The notes: generated from the sequence alone by a model not told the origin. DNA of 36,178 nucleotides from Methanothrix sp. (GCA_040770465.1 JAXGJB010000030.1:1-36178); one strand, 5' to 3'. Positions 8,111 to 18,150 are shown, numbered from the stretch's first letter. Made by a program: numbers and translations.

Positions 8111-9074
8111 CCCTCCCGAAGTTGAGCGAGCCAGCGTACTTCAAGAAGACGTCGTCGAGGGTTGGTCTTGCCGTCGATATCTTGCCGAAGGATATCCCCT
8201 CAGACCTCAAAGCCTCGATCACCTTGGGAAGGGCCGTCTCTCCATCCTCGACGAAGACGTCAAGCTGCGAATCGGAGACGACGGCGTCCGTTACGAAATC
8301 CAGATCCCTGATCTTCTTCAGGACTCTTTCATCGAAGCCGTTGTGGTTATGGTTGTTGTTATTTGAGCTGAATCGGAGGATCTCGCCGTTGAGGGAGCGC
8401 TTCAGCTCGCTTGCCGTCCCGGACTTCACGATCCTCCCCCGGTTGATGATGGCGATCTCGTCGGAGTAATGGTCCGCCTCGTCCATATAATGGGTGTTGA
8501 AGAAGACGGTGGTCCCATACTCCCGCTTGAAGCTGGTCAGGTTCTCCCAGACCGCCTTCCTCGCCGAGGGGTCGAGGCCGATCGTCGGCTCGTCGAGGAA
8601 TAGTATCTTCGGCTTGACCAGGAGGGCGCCAGCGATCTCCAGCCGCCTGACCATTCCCCCGGAGTAGGTCTTGACCATTCTATTGGCCACTTCCTCCAGC
8701 CCCATCGCCTGGATGGCGTCCTCGATGCTCTTTCTTCTCTTGCTCTTGGGGACGCCGTAGATCTTGGAGTAGATGAGGAGGTTCTCAAAGCCGCTGATGT
8801 CCATCCAGACGGACGTCTCCTGGGGGACGTAGCCGATCATCCTCCTCACCTCGGCACCTCGGTGGACGACGTCGAGGCCGAAGGCGCGTGCCTCCCCCGA
8901 GGTGGGCCTGAACTGGGTGGTGAGGATCCTCATCAGGGTTGTCTTCCCCGAGCCGTTGGGGCCCAGGAAGGCGAAGACGCGAGCCTGATCGACCGACAGG
9001 TCTACCCCATCCAGGGCCCTGGTGCTGCCATTATAGGTCTTGGTAAGCAGCCTCGTCTCAATCGCCAAAGTCAT
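8097..9074 (-). CDS. ABC transporter ATP-binding protein (DrrA family, with C-terminal DUF4162-like domain)
   Basis: GPNGSGKTT, YSGGM and LFLDEPTIGLDP, H-loop THY, C-terminal PTLDDVFL. Start taken at MTLAIE (9074). Contains an NNNNHNHN insert. Confidence 0.92.
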   Translation of the reverse strand: MTLAIETRLLTKTYNGSTRALDGVDLSVDQARVFAFLGPNGSGKTTLMRILTTQFRPTSGEARAFGLDVVHRGAEVRRMIGYVPQETSVWMDISGFENLLIYSKIYGVPKSKRRKSIEDAIQAMGLEEVANRMVKTYSGGMVRRLEIAGALLVKPKILFLDEPTIGLDPSARKAVWENLTSFKREYGTTVFFNTHYMDEADHYSDEIAIINRGRIVKSGTASELKRSLNGEILRFSSNNNNHNHNGFDERVLKKIRDLDFVTDAVVSDSQLDVFVEDGETALPKVIEALRSEGISFGKISTARPTLDDVFLKYAGSLNFGRDGDR

Positions 9075-9472
9075 CTTGTGCCGCCTCCGGGGGATAACAC
9101 GCATCGTCGCCAAGAGCCATCATTGTATTACGGCTAGTCTGAATTTGTATAAGAAATCAGCGATCCAGAGGGCTGATCAGCGGTAAATATCGTGCGGTGA
9201 AGTGAGGTACGGAGGGGAGGGACAGAGGTAAGTAGGAACCGCTGGCCGAAGCGGTCACGAATTTAAGTTTGTATGAATTTGACCGAAATACTTATTACTA
9301 ATTAAGATGTTGCAGCTGATGGGGGCCCATCAAATCCGATGACCTCCGCAGACACGACCTCCCTCCAATGTCCGATGCCCTCCCAGTACAGGGGCGCTGA
9401 AGAAGGGGGCGAAGAGACAGAGACGCATCTTTGAAATCAGCGCCCCACTTCTGCCATTTTGGCCGCTGCTAA

Positions 9473-9503
9473 TTTGCTTAATGTGTGATTTAATTTAAGC
9501 AAA
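9473..9503. promoter_or_regulatory. Candidate operator: 9-bp inverted repeat upstream of the FmdE-like gene promoter
   Basis: TTTGCTTAA-N13-TTAAGCAAA, about 30 nt before a BRE/TATA-like AAAATAGTTATAAAC (~9529-9543). Confidence 0.45.
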
Positions 9504-9616
9504 ATATTGTCATATATGAATTTCAACCAAAATAGTTATAAACAATTCGGTAGTACTCTTGACTACTTGCGTAACAACTGTTCGTGCAAGGACGATATAG
9601 AAGATGAGGTGATTAA

Positions 9617-10651
9617 GTGAAGATGGATCGATTTGCAGTGACGATTCTGCTCCTGATGGCACTGGTGCCGGGGGTGGCTCTGGCCGACGGGGCGGACATG
9701 TACCAGCTGGGCGCTGATGCCGCAACTTACGCCATGACGGAGCTTGGATTTGAGAAGGGCGATGCGAACGTCCTGACCCTCACCAACGCCGGATATCCGG
9801 TAATCAACGACCAGACCACCGACCTGTGCCTGGATGCGGTTATGGAGATCACGGGCTGCAGTCCAGGAAAGGAGAACCTGATCAACATCCTCTCCGCCCC
9901 CTGGAAGCCCCTATGGTTTGGGTTTTTCAACGCCAACACCGGCGAGGCAGTCTACATGACGGCGAACGCTGACGCATCCGGCTTCGACGTCCAGGTGAAA
10001 GACAAGATCGACGCCGAGACCGTTCTTGCCAACGTCTCCGCATGGGACCCTGGAGTATTCGGCCACATGCTTCCAATCGCCAACGTCTGGGCCAATGAGA
10101 ACACCCCTTACGTCTACATGAAGGCGGTCCAGCTCCACGACCACATCTGCCCCGGGGTCTCAAGCGGCTTCTTGCTCGCTAAGTACATGGAGAAGACGCT
10201 TCCCATCGAGGACCCTGCAAATCAGAGCTACAAGGTCATCGCCTGCCCCAACTGGTGCAAGGATGACTACTTCCAGGTGGCATGGGACTGCACCCCAGGA
10301 AAGAGCGGCATCTTCGTCAAAAAGCTCAGCGATGCCGAAACCAGCGCCCTGACGGAGAAGTACGGGACCAGAGTCGCCGGGATCTTCATCCGATGGGATG
10401 CCGGCAACAACACCGGTGACGGCCTGGTCCTGGGATTCGACTTTGACAAGGCCGGGAACATGAGCAACATAGACACCTGGCCGAGCTGGGCCTATAGGCT
10501 GAAGGAAGACCTGGTGCTTGTGGACGCCGCCGACACCCCCGAGGAGTTCGTCTCCACCATCAAGGAGTTCAGCCTCGCGAACAACGACGAGCTGGTCGCC
10601 CTCCAGGCCGCTGGCGTCAACCCCCTCAAGGTGCTGGGTGTAGAGGTCTAA
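9617..10651 (+). CDS. Secreted FmdE-family (metal-binding) protein
   Basis: Signal peptide ending ...GVALA. FmdE motif HDHICPGVSSG followed by CPNWCKDD and CTPGK. GAGGTGA RBS upstream. Start is GTG 9617 or ATG 9623. Confidence 0.85.
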   Translation: MKMDRFAVTILLLMALVPGVALADGADMYQLGADAATYAMTELGFEKGDANVLTLTNAGYPVINDQTTDLCLDAVMEITGCSPGKENLINILSAPWKPLWFGFFNANTGEAVYMTANADASGFDVQVKDKIDAETVLANVSAWDPGVFGHMLPIANVWANENTPYVYMKAVQLHDHICPGVSSGFLLAKYMEKTLPIEDPANQSYKVIACPNWCKDDYFQVAWDCTPGKSGIFVKKLSDAETSALTEKYGTRVAGIFIRWDAGNNTGDGLVLGFDFDKAGNMSNIDTWPSWAYRLKEDLVLVDAADTPEEFVSTIKEFSLANNDELVALQAAGVNPLKVLGVEV

Positions 10652-10866
10652 ACGCGTATCGGGGATGGATGGGAAAAGCCGACCATCCTCCCTTATTTTT
10701 CTGTCGTGGTATCTGTTACAGATTGCATTTTTCCGGGAATATGGTGCGGTAGAACCGAATTTTGGGCATCTCTTCCCATGGCTCGTAACCCGGATCGCCA
10801 AGCTTATGGGCTGTTAAATGCTCGTTTTATTCCGGCAAAGGTTGAATGCCTGTATCTGGTGATTCC

Positions 10867-11196
10867 ATGAGCAAAAGGATAGATATGCAAGAAAAATTTG
10901 CAGAATTAGAGAAGCAAATTCCCGACGTGACGAAGGCTTTGACAAAACTGCATGATGAAGTAACCAAAGAGGGTGCACTGGACACAAAAACCAAGGAGCT
11001 GATCTTGGTAGCGATCGCTGTGGCCATAAAGTGCGAGTACTGTCTATGGAACCATGTGCCAATGGCAGCAAAGCTCGGAGCTACCCGTCAGGAGATCCTG
11101 GAGGCGACGGGTGCGGCCATATTGATGTCAGGGGGGCCGGGTGCGGCTTATGGATCGGCGGTTGTTCTAAAGATACTCGACGAGCTGGGGATTTGA
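10867..11196 (+). CDS. Carboxymuconolactone decarboxylase / AhpD-like protein
   Basis: GALDTKTKELI..AIAVAIKCEYC..H...A..LGAT..EI, the CMD family pattern with CxxC. Start uncertain (10867 or 10885). Confidence 0.88.
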   Translation: MSKRIDMQEKFAELEKQIPDVTKALTKLHDEVTKEGALDTKTKELILVAIAVAIKCEYCLWNHVPMAAKLGATRQEILEATGAAILMSGGPGAAYGSAVVLKILDELGI

Positions 11197-11241
11197 GGAG
11201 GAAACATCCCATCTTTTCCACACACCAACATTCTAAAGGCA

Positions 11242-12054
11242 TCACCGTCCCTTCATCGCCACGAGGGCGCTGGCGAGGATGATCGGCCCGACAAAGCTCC
11301 TCCTCGCCCGGCTTGAGTCGACGAAGACCGGGTCCATGATCACCGGTGCGCCGAAACCTCTCGCCCCGGAGAGGTGCATCAGGGTCCGGAATACGAGGTT
11401 TCCGGATATCCCGTCTGGGGCGACGATCAGGTCGTCGCCCTGGCAGGTCTCGATGAGGATCCCCCGGTGCAGGGCCCGGATCCCGGCGTCTCGGGCGAGC
11501 CTCGCCACCAATTCCGCCTCGGCCAGGGTCCTATCGACCCTGTCGCTCCTCCCCAGGTCCTCCATCCTCCCTCCGGATAGGATCGAGACCACGGGCTCGT
11601 GATCGAGGTCCAAAGACCTGATGTACTCGGCACCGAGGACCGCAAGGTTCAGCCGGTCGGAGATGGAGTCCCCCTCATCTATCCCCACGGGGGCGAGAAA
11701 GAACGACCAGTCGGGCATGGCCAGAAGGGACAGCCTTCTGACCTTCACCTCGAAGGTCTTGGATATCTTCCGCATCATCCTGGTTGCGGAGAGGTTTCCC
11801 CTCACCGCCCCGTCGATCTCCCCCTTCTCCAGGAGCCTGACCAGCACCGAGGCCGGATCGTCGGTTCTGACCATCTCGAGTTGCCCAGGGTCGCAGTCGG
11901 GGCCGGGGTCTCCCACCACGACGATCTCGGCGTAATCCCTCGCCTCTTCGATCCCGGCGAGAAGAGCGGGCCCTCCGCCCAGAACGCCGATGCCGATCCG
12001 CGCCCGCCGCCCTTTCGCGGCCAGCTCCATCCTCTCTACAAACCCTGGGTCCAA
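11242..12054 (-). CDS. mtxX: Methanogenesis marker protein 4 / MtxX
   Basis: IDGAVRGNL, APVGIDEG, LSGGRMEDLGRS, APDGISGNLVFRTL and FVDSSRA. Start inferred at TTG 12054 after an AGGTGA RBS. Confidence 0.88.
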   Translation of the reverse strand: MDPGFVERMELAAKGRRARIGIGVLGGGPALLAGIEEARDYAEIVVVGDPGPDCDPGQLEMVRTDDPASVLVRLLEKGEIDGAVRGNLSATRMMRKISKTFEVKVRRLSLLAMPDWSFFLAPVGIDEGDSISDRLNLAVLGAEYIRSLDLDHEPVVSILSGGRMEDLGRSDRVDRTLAEAELVARLARDAGIRALHRGILIETCQGDDLIVAPDGISGNLVFRTLMHLSGARGFGAPVIMDPVFVDSSRARRSFVGPIILASALVAMKGR

Positions 12055-12058
12055 GCCA

Positions 12059-13021
12059 TCACCTGATCCCCGTGACCGTCTCGCGCTCGAAGTCGAAGAG
12101 GACCGCCCTCTTCCCTCCCGATACGATCTCAAGCCTCCTCTCTTCAGTCACCTTGCCGACGACGGCTGCGGAGAGACCACGATCCCCGAAGACCCGGACG
12201 ACTTCGTCGGCCCGCTCCGGCGGAGCCGTCACGACGAAGCCCATCCCCGGATACATCTTCTGCCACGATATCATATCCAGCCCCTCGGGCCTGGGTAGGA
12301 GGTCGAGGTCGACGACGGCTCCCGCCCTGCTCGACTCGAGAAGCATCCCCAGAGTTCCCAGCATCCCTGGGTTGCTGATGTCCTTTCCCGCGGTGACGAG
12401 ACCCCCTTCCCCAAGCTCCCTCATAGACCCCAGCTGGCGGAGGAGAACCTCCCCATCTTTGAAGCTGGTGCTGTCCCAGTTGATGGCGAAGCTCGGATGG
12501 GCCCGGCCGTCGAGGTCGACCCCGACGACGACGGCGTCTCCGGGCTCTGCCCCGGAACTGAGGATGACCCCATCCTTCTTCGCCTTGCCGAGGATGGCGA
12601 CGTCAAGAGCGCTGTAAGGGGTGTCGGGATGGAAATGCCCTCCGATTATGGGGACTTTGAACTTCTCGATCCCCTTCTTCAGCCCCCGGAGGACGTCTTC
12701 AGCGAGGTCGGTCGACCCGGCGGAGAAGACGTCGACCATCGCCACGGGCCATCCTCCCATCGCCGCGATGTCGTGGACGTTCACAAGGACGGCGCAGTAT
12801 CCAGCCCACTCGGCGTCGGCCTCCAGAAGCCGAGACCAGATCCCGTCGGCTGCGAGGAGCATCACCTCCTCGCCGTCGTCTATGACCGCCGCATCCTCCC
12901 CGAAGGAGGCTATGATCAGATCCGATTCCACGGGAAAGTGGCCGACGAGATCGCCGATGGCCTTCTTCCGGGTTATCCCCACAAACCCGCGAAGCTCGGC
13001 CGCAAGAGACTCAGGGTTCAT
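12059..13021 (-). CDS. Methanogenesis marker protein 2 (AIR synthase/PurM-like)
   Basis: LRGFVGITRK, GEDAAV, AADGIW, VNVHDIAAMGG, GGHFHPD and KDISNPG. Confidence 0.9.
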   Translation of the reverse strand: MNPESLAAELRGFVGITRKKAIGDLVGHFPVESDLIIASFGEDAAVIDDGEEVMLLAADGIWSRLLEADAEWAGYCAVLVNVHDIAAMGGWPVAMVDVFSAGSTDLAEDVLRGLKKGIEKFKVPIIGGHFHPDTPYSALDVAILGKAKKDGVILSSGAEPGDAVVVGVDLDGRAHPSFAINWDSTSFKDGEVLLRQLGSMRELGEGGLVTAGKDISNPGMLGTLGMLLESSRAGAVVDLDLLPRPEGLDMISWQKMYPGMGFVVTAPPERADEVVRVFGDRGLSAAVVGKVTEERRLEIVSGGKRAVLFDFERETVTGIR

Positions 13022-13172
13022 CAGTCATCAGGGTACCCGCAGAGAAAAATAGGTGACGGTGGTCGGGAAGTTGAACCGCAAGACGGTGGAGGGGTGAAGG
13101 CGGAAATACGGCAGAAGATGGTGACGTGGAGGATCGAAGGCCGACCGAGGGCTTTGAGTTGAATTCAAAAAT

Positions 13173-14153
13173 TCATTCTTCATTCCGGAGCTGGAAGCCG
13201 CCATCCCCATCGTCTCTGCCGATCCCGAAGACCTGCTCCAGGGAGTCGAGGGCCTTATCCCGGACCGCCGGTGGACACTTGAGGCAGGCCTCCTGGAGAG
13301 GCTCGATCGCCCTGGAGTCGCGTATCTCCCCCAGGGACCAGGCGGCCCAGGCCCTGATCTCCACCTCGTCCTCGCCGAAGAGGACTTCCACCAGCCGGTC
13401 CAGGGCGTCGATGAGGCCGATCTCGCCGAGGGCGGTGACGGCCGCCAGCCTCACCCGAGGGTCCTCGTCCTCGAGCATGGACGACGCCATCCGGCAGGCC
13501 TCCGCCCCCCCTATGGTCGCCAGGGCCTTGGCGACGGTCATCCTGACGACGGGGATCTCATCTTTCAGGGCGGGGCCGAGGAAAGCAACTGCCTCGGGCA
13601 TCCTCATCTCTCCGAGGGACCAGGCCGCCCTCCTCCTCAGCTCCGGGTCCTCGTCCTCGATGAACTGCGCCAACATCTCCATCGCCTCGGCAACCCGGAG
13701 GCGGCCCAGACCTACAACCGCCATCCTCCTCGCCTCCAGGTCCGGCTCATCCAGGAGCTCCATGAAGGCGTCGGAGGCGCCGAAAGCCACCAGGGCGAGG
13801 GAGGCCCTCAGCCTGACCTCCCGCGACCGGTCCGTCGCGATGGACCGAGCGAGGAAGGGGATAGCCCGGCGGTCGCCGATCGCCTCCAGAGCCGAGGCCG
13901 CCCACTCCCTCACCGATGGGTCCTCGTCCTCTTGAAGGGCTCCGGCGAGGGGTTCGATGGCCTTCGCGTCCCCGATATTTCCCAGGACCCAGGCCGCCTT
14001 GAACCTCACCTGAGGATCGGGGTCTTTCTCCAGAGCCTCAAGGAGAGGCTCCACCGCCCTCGCTCCCGCCTCTGCAAGCTTCCAGGCGGCGCTCTGCCTC
14101 TCGAAGAAGTTCTCGCTTCCCAGGATCCGGATCAGCTCTGAAAGGGGCTCCAT
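13173..14153 (-). CDS. HEAT/PBS-lyase repeat protein
   Basis: Repeated D-x-x-VR-x-x-AA-x-x-LG-x-I units throughout. Confidence 0.9.
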   Translation of the reverse strand: MEPLSELIRILGSENFFERQSAAWKLAEAGARAVEPLLEALEKDPDPQVRFKAAWVLGNIGDAKAIEPLAGALQEDEDPSVREWAASALEAIGDRRAIPFLARSIATDRSREVRLRASLALVAFGASDAFMELLDEPDLEARRMAVVGLGRLRVAEAMEMLAQFIEDEDPELRRRAAWSLGEMRMPEAVAFLGPALKDEIPVVRMTVAKALATIGGAEACRMASSMLEDEDPRVRLAAVTALGEIGLIDALDRLVEVLFGEDEVEIRAWAAWSLGEIRDSRAIEPLQEACLKCPPAVRDKALDSLEQVFGIGRDDGDGGFQLRNEE

Positions 14154-14454
14154 GACCCGCCAATCTCGGCCTCTTCTCCTTTAAGCTTTGCCGATAACTC
14201 GCATTCGCCAACCACCGCAATGAGATCCTCCCGAGAATCCTCTTTTCCAAAGCTTCGCACTGCCTTGATAGCCGGACCCGAGAGCCCAAATCTCCGATCT
14301 GCTGCCTCAGATAAGGAGGACCGATCTGATGCTAAATAGTTATATCCATCTTCTCATAACATGGTTAGAGATCCGGGCAAGACCCATTCTATCCCGAGGA
14401 CCACGCCGAGAGGATCAGAGAACCTCGAAATGGATTTCCAGATCCACAGGATTT

Positions 14455-14496
14455 CGAATCGGAGATGCCGAATCGAAGATGCCGAATCGGAGATGC
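14455..14496 (+). repeat. 3 x 14-bp tandem repeat in the histidine kinase leader
   Basis: CGAATCGGAGATGC / CGAATCGAAGATGC / CGAATCGGAGATGC. Confidence 0.85.
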
Positions 14497-14559
14497 TGAT
14501 CGGGAGAATATGGAATTGACCAGGAAGATTTTGGAGCTTCCGGCGGAGATGGAGAGGAG

Positions 14560-17500
14560 ATGAAGATCAAAATCCTGGATGAAGAGATCGATAAGGCGCA
14601 AGGCCGGATAAGGACCCTCCTTCAAGATGAAGCCTTATCAAAAGAAGCCATGGTCACGGAGCTGAAAGAGATATCGAATGATCTTGAGGATATCCGAAGA
14701 ACGGCAGGGGATATTCAGAGAAACGGCGACGAACTCGGCTCTGCGATCCGAAGGTCGATGGAAAGGTACCGATCCCTGGTGGAGAACGTCGACGGGGTGA
14801 TCTACGTCGTCGAGCCCACCGGAAAGATCGCCTACGTCAGCTCCGCCGTCGAGAGGATATTCGGGTACTCGGCCGAGGATCTCGTCGGCCAGGATGTCAC
14901 TCTTTTCATCCATCCGGACGATCTGAACCTCCTGAAGACTCGGCTCGAGAGCGCCCTCGGCGGAATCTCGATCGTCTCGGAGCTGCGGTTCATCGACAAG
15001 AATGGCCTCGTCCACACCGTCAGAACTTACGGACGGCCGATAGAGGTGGGGCGGCTGAGAGGGCTTCACGGGATTTTGGTGGACGTGACCGAGCAGAAGA
15101 AGGCAGAGGAAGCCCTAAAAGAGAGCGAAGAGCGGCTCAAGCTCGCCATCGAGGGGGCAGATCTCGCAGCCTGGAACTGGAACCTTCTGACCGACGAGAT
15201 CGTGGGCAACCTCCGGTACGCCGAGATGATAGGGCTTGGTCCCGTCGAGAAGAGCGATGGTGAGGCGTGGAAGAGATCGATCCATCCCGAAGACTTCCCC
15301 GCTGTGGAGGCGGCCCTCCGGGATATATTCGAGGGGAATACTCTCCGTTTGGATCTGGACTACAGGACGATCTCCGACGGCGCTGTCATATGGGTTCAGG
15401 ATCGCGGCCTCGTGGTGAAGAGGGACGAAGAAGGGAAGCCCACCGCTATGGCTGGAGTGATGCAGGACATCACCTGGCGAAAAAAGATGGAAGACGCGAT
15501 CCGTCTCGCTTCGGAGAAGCGGAGAGAGCTGGAACGGATCGTCAACCACAGTCCCGCCGTCGCCTTCATCCAGCGCGCTCCAGCCGGGGGGATGGTCGAG
15601 TTCGTATCCGACAACATCAGCCAATTCGGATACTCCCCCGAGGAGTTCTATTCCGGAGCCCTCTCCTACGACAACGACGTCGTACATCCCGAAGATCGTG
15701 AGAATCTGATCTCTGAAATTAATCGCCAGGTTCAGGGGGGCGCCGACAGCTTCTATCTGGAGTACAGGATCGTGACAGCCTCCGGCGAGGTCCGGTGGCT
15801 CGCCGACCACATCTGGATTGCGCGCAACGAGGACGGATCGGTCGCCACCTTTGAAGGGGTTGCTTTCGACATAACGGACCGGAAGAAGATGGAGATAGCC
15901 CTCGTGGAGAGCGAGAGGAGATTTCGAGAGATGGCGGACACCCTCCCCCAGCCGATCTTCGAATGCGACCTGGCGGGCAGAGTCACATTCGCCAACCAGA
16001 CCGCCTTCGACCTCTACGGATATGACCGCCAGGATCTCGATGGAGAGGTCAACATCTTCCAGGTCTTCGCCTACGAAGACCGGGAAGAGATGATGAAGAA
16101 CTTCCAGAGAAGCCTTCACGAAGATAGGGTCTTCACCTACGAGTACACCGGCCTGCGAAAGGAGGGTACCGTATTCCACCTAATCGTCTACTCTCGTCCC
16201 ATCATCCGGGACGGGATGCCCGTGGGGCTCAGAGGGACGATCGTCGACATAACTGAGAGAAAGCGGGTGGAAGAGAACATCAAACAGCTGGCGGACCTGA
16301 GCGAAAAGCTGGTCGAGATCGGAAGCCCCATGATCTTCGTTATCGATAGGAAACGAAGGATATTTCTCTGGAACCGGGCTGCGGAGAAGATCTCAGGGTA
16401 CTCACCCGGGGAGGTGATGGGGAACCGGGAGGTCTGGAACCTCCTCTTCCCGGACCGGCGTGATAGGACGGAGTTTTTCGAGGCACTTCGCGAGGTCGAG
16501 CTGGGGAGAACCCTGGATGGGCAGCGGACGAAGCTATTGATGAAGTCGGGGGAGGAGAAGGTGATCTCCTGGAGCGGGATAAAGCTTGAGGACAGCGAAG
16601 GAAACGGGATCGGGATCGTGATCACCGCTCATGACACCACCGAGTACGCCAAGATGGAGGAGGAGATCCGCTCCGAGCGGCAGTTCTCCAGGGGGATCAT
16701 CGAGGGCGCCGACCTCTTCATCGTGGGTTTCGATCCCCTGGGAAAGATCACCCTCTTCAACCGCGGCGCCGAGAAGGTGACGGGCGTCTCTGCAAACGAG
16801 GCGTTCGGCTCGGACTTCTTCGATCGGTTCATCGCCAAGGCCGATAGAGAGGCCTTTCGAATCGCCGTATCATCGATCTTCGAAGGGATCCCTCCAGAGC
16901 AGACGGAGGTGGCAGTCATCACCCGGAACGGCGACCAGATGGCCGTCCAGTGGGGGTGGAGCGTCGTCAGGAGCAAGACCGGCGAGATTGAGAGGGTGAT
17001 AGCCTTCGGCCACGACATATCTTATGATCGGTGGCTTGAAGAGCAGATGCTCCTCTTCATGGACGCCATCGAATCCTCCAACGACGGGATCGCCATCTTC
17101 GGAAAGAACGACCGCCTTCTATTCGCAAACCCGGCCCTCCTCGATATGTTCGGCTACAGGCTCGAAGACGTCCGGGGCAGGCACTATAAGAACTTCATTC
17201 AGGACTCCGATGTGGGAGGTCTCCTGGCGGATGGAGGAAACGGCGGACGGGGGCGGATGACCTGCGTGAGAAAGGATGGGTCCACCTTCCCCGCCGCCAT
17301 CAGCTTCGCTCCCGTTGCCAGCAGCGATGGAAATCCCATGGCGACGATAGCGATCGCCAGGGACGTATCTGAGGCCATCGAGTACCAAAAGAGGCTTGAG
17401 ACCCTCAACCGGGAGCTTGAAAGCTTCGCCTACACCATCTCCCACGATCTGAGGGCCCCCCTCCGAGGGATCCGGGGGTTCGCCCTGGCCCTCGAGGAGG

Positions 17501-18081
17501 ATTACGGCGAGAGCCTCGATGAGGCTGGGAAGAGGTACCTCGAACGGATCGGTAAGATCGCGGAGAATATGGACAATCTGATCCTCGACCTCCTCGACTA
17601 CTCCCGGATAGGACGGATAAAGTCGCCGCCAGAGCTGGTCGACCTGAAGAAGCTTGTCGCCGAAGCCTACGAGGAGGTCAGATCTGCGGCAGAGGGAAGG
17701 CCCGCGAACCTGTCGCTCGCGGGGGACTTTCCGATGATCTGCTGCGAGAAGAGCCGGGCAAAGCAGGTCTTCTCAAACCTCCTGGAGAACAGCCTCAAAT
17801 ACTCGAAGAACGAGATCGAGATCGAGGTGGGATGCCGTGACCGAGGCGACGAGTACGAGTTCTGGGTCAAGGACAACGGCATCGGTTTTGATATGAAGTA
17901 CAGAGACCGGATATTCGACCCCTTCACCAGGCTTGAGAGGTCCGGCGAAGGGTCGGGGATCGGCCTTGCCACCGTCAAGAAGATCGTCGAGACCTGCGGT
18001 GGGCGGATCGAGGCCGAATCGGTCCCCGGCGAGGGGAGCGTCTTCAGGTTCACCATCCCCAAAGAGAGGAAAGAGGCCTGA
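14560..18081 (+). CDS. Soluble multi-PAS (about 7 PAS/PAC) sensor histidine kinase
   Basis: Seven PAC-type endings (DVTEQK, DITWRK, DITDRK, DITERK, DTTEY, DISYD, DVSE); HisKA SHDLRAPL; HATPase NLLENSLKY, DNGIG and GSGIGL. No TM helix seen. Confidence 0.93.
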   Translation: MKIKILDEEIDKAQGRIRTLLQDEALSKEAMVTELKEISNDLEDIRRTAGDIQRNGDELGSAIRRSMERYRSLVENVDGVIYVVEPTGKIAYVSSAVERIFGYSAEDLVGQDVTLFIHPDDLNLLKTRLESALGGISIVSELRFIDKNGLVHTVRTYGRPIEVGRLRGLHGILVDVTEQKKAEEALKESEERLKLAIEGADLAAWNWNLLTDEIVGNLRYAEMIGLGPVEKSDGEAWKRSIHPEDFPAVEAALRDIFEGNTLRLDLDYRTISDGAVIWVQDRGLVVKRDEEGKPTAMAGVMQDITWRKKMEDAIRLASEKRRELERIVNHSPAVAFIQRAPAGGMVEFVSDNISQFGYSPEEFYSGALSYDNDVVHPEDRENLISEINRQVQGGADSFYLEYRIVTASGEVRWLADHIWIARNEDGSVATFEGVAFDITDRKKMEIALVESERRFREMADTLPQPIFECDLAGRVTFANQTAFDLYGYDRQDLDGEVNIFQVFAYEDREEMMKNFQRSLHEDRVFTYEYTGLRKEGTVFHLIVYSRPIIRDGMPVGLRGTIVDITERKRVEENIKQLADLSEKLVEIGSPMIFVIDRKRRIFLWNRAAEKISGYSPGEVMGNREVWNLLFPDRRDRTEFFEALREVELGRTLDGQRTKLLMKSGEEKVISWSGIKLEDSEGNGIGIVITAHDTTEYAKMEEEIRSERQFSRGIIEGADLFIVGFDPLGKITLFNRGAEKVTGVSANEAFGSDFFDRFIAKADREAFRIAVSSIFEGIPPEQTEVAVITRNGDQMAVQWGWSVVRSKTGEIERVIAFGHDISYDRWLEEQMLLFMDAIESSNDGIAIFGKNDRLLFANPALLDMFGYRLEDVRGRHYKNFIQDSDVGGLLADGGNGGRGRMTCVRKDGSTFPAAISFAPVASSDGNPMATIAIARDVSEAIEYQKRLETLNRELESFAYTISHDLRAPLRGIRGFALALEEDYGESLDEAGKRYLERIGKIAENMDNLILDLLDYSRIGRIKSPPELVDLKKLVAEAYEEVRSAAEGRPANLSLAGDFPMICCEKSRAKQVFSNLLENSLKYSKNEIEIEVGCRDRGDEYEFWVKDNGIGFDMKYRDRIFDPFTRLERSGEGSGIGLATVKKIVETCGGRIEAESVPGEGSVFRFTIPKERKEA

Positions 18082-18150
18082 CCTTTTGCCTCACCAACTC
18101 TGCAGTCCACCGGTTCCTGAGTTCCCCTAATCCCATAGCCTTCCGATACA

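Noticed and set aside
7548-8469. Plus-strand ORFs 7548-8366 and 7924-8469 with PxxPxx repeats
   Set aside because: Antisense shadows of the ABC genes; their periodicity comes from the tandem array.
14560-18081. FilI-type quorum-sensing kinase of Methanothrix harundinacea
   Set aside because: No TM or CHASE4 region, and no adjacent response regulators.
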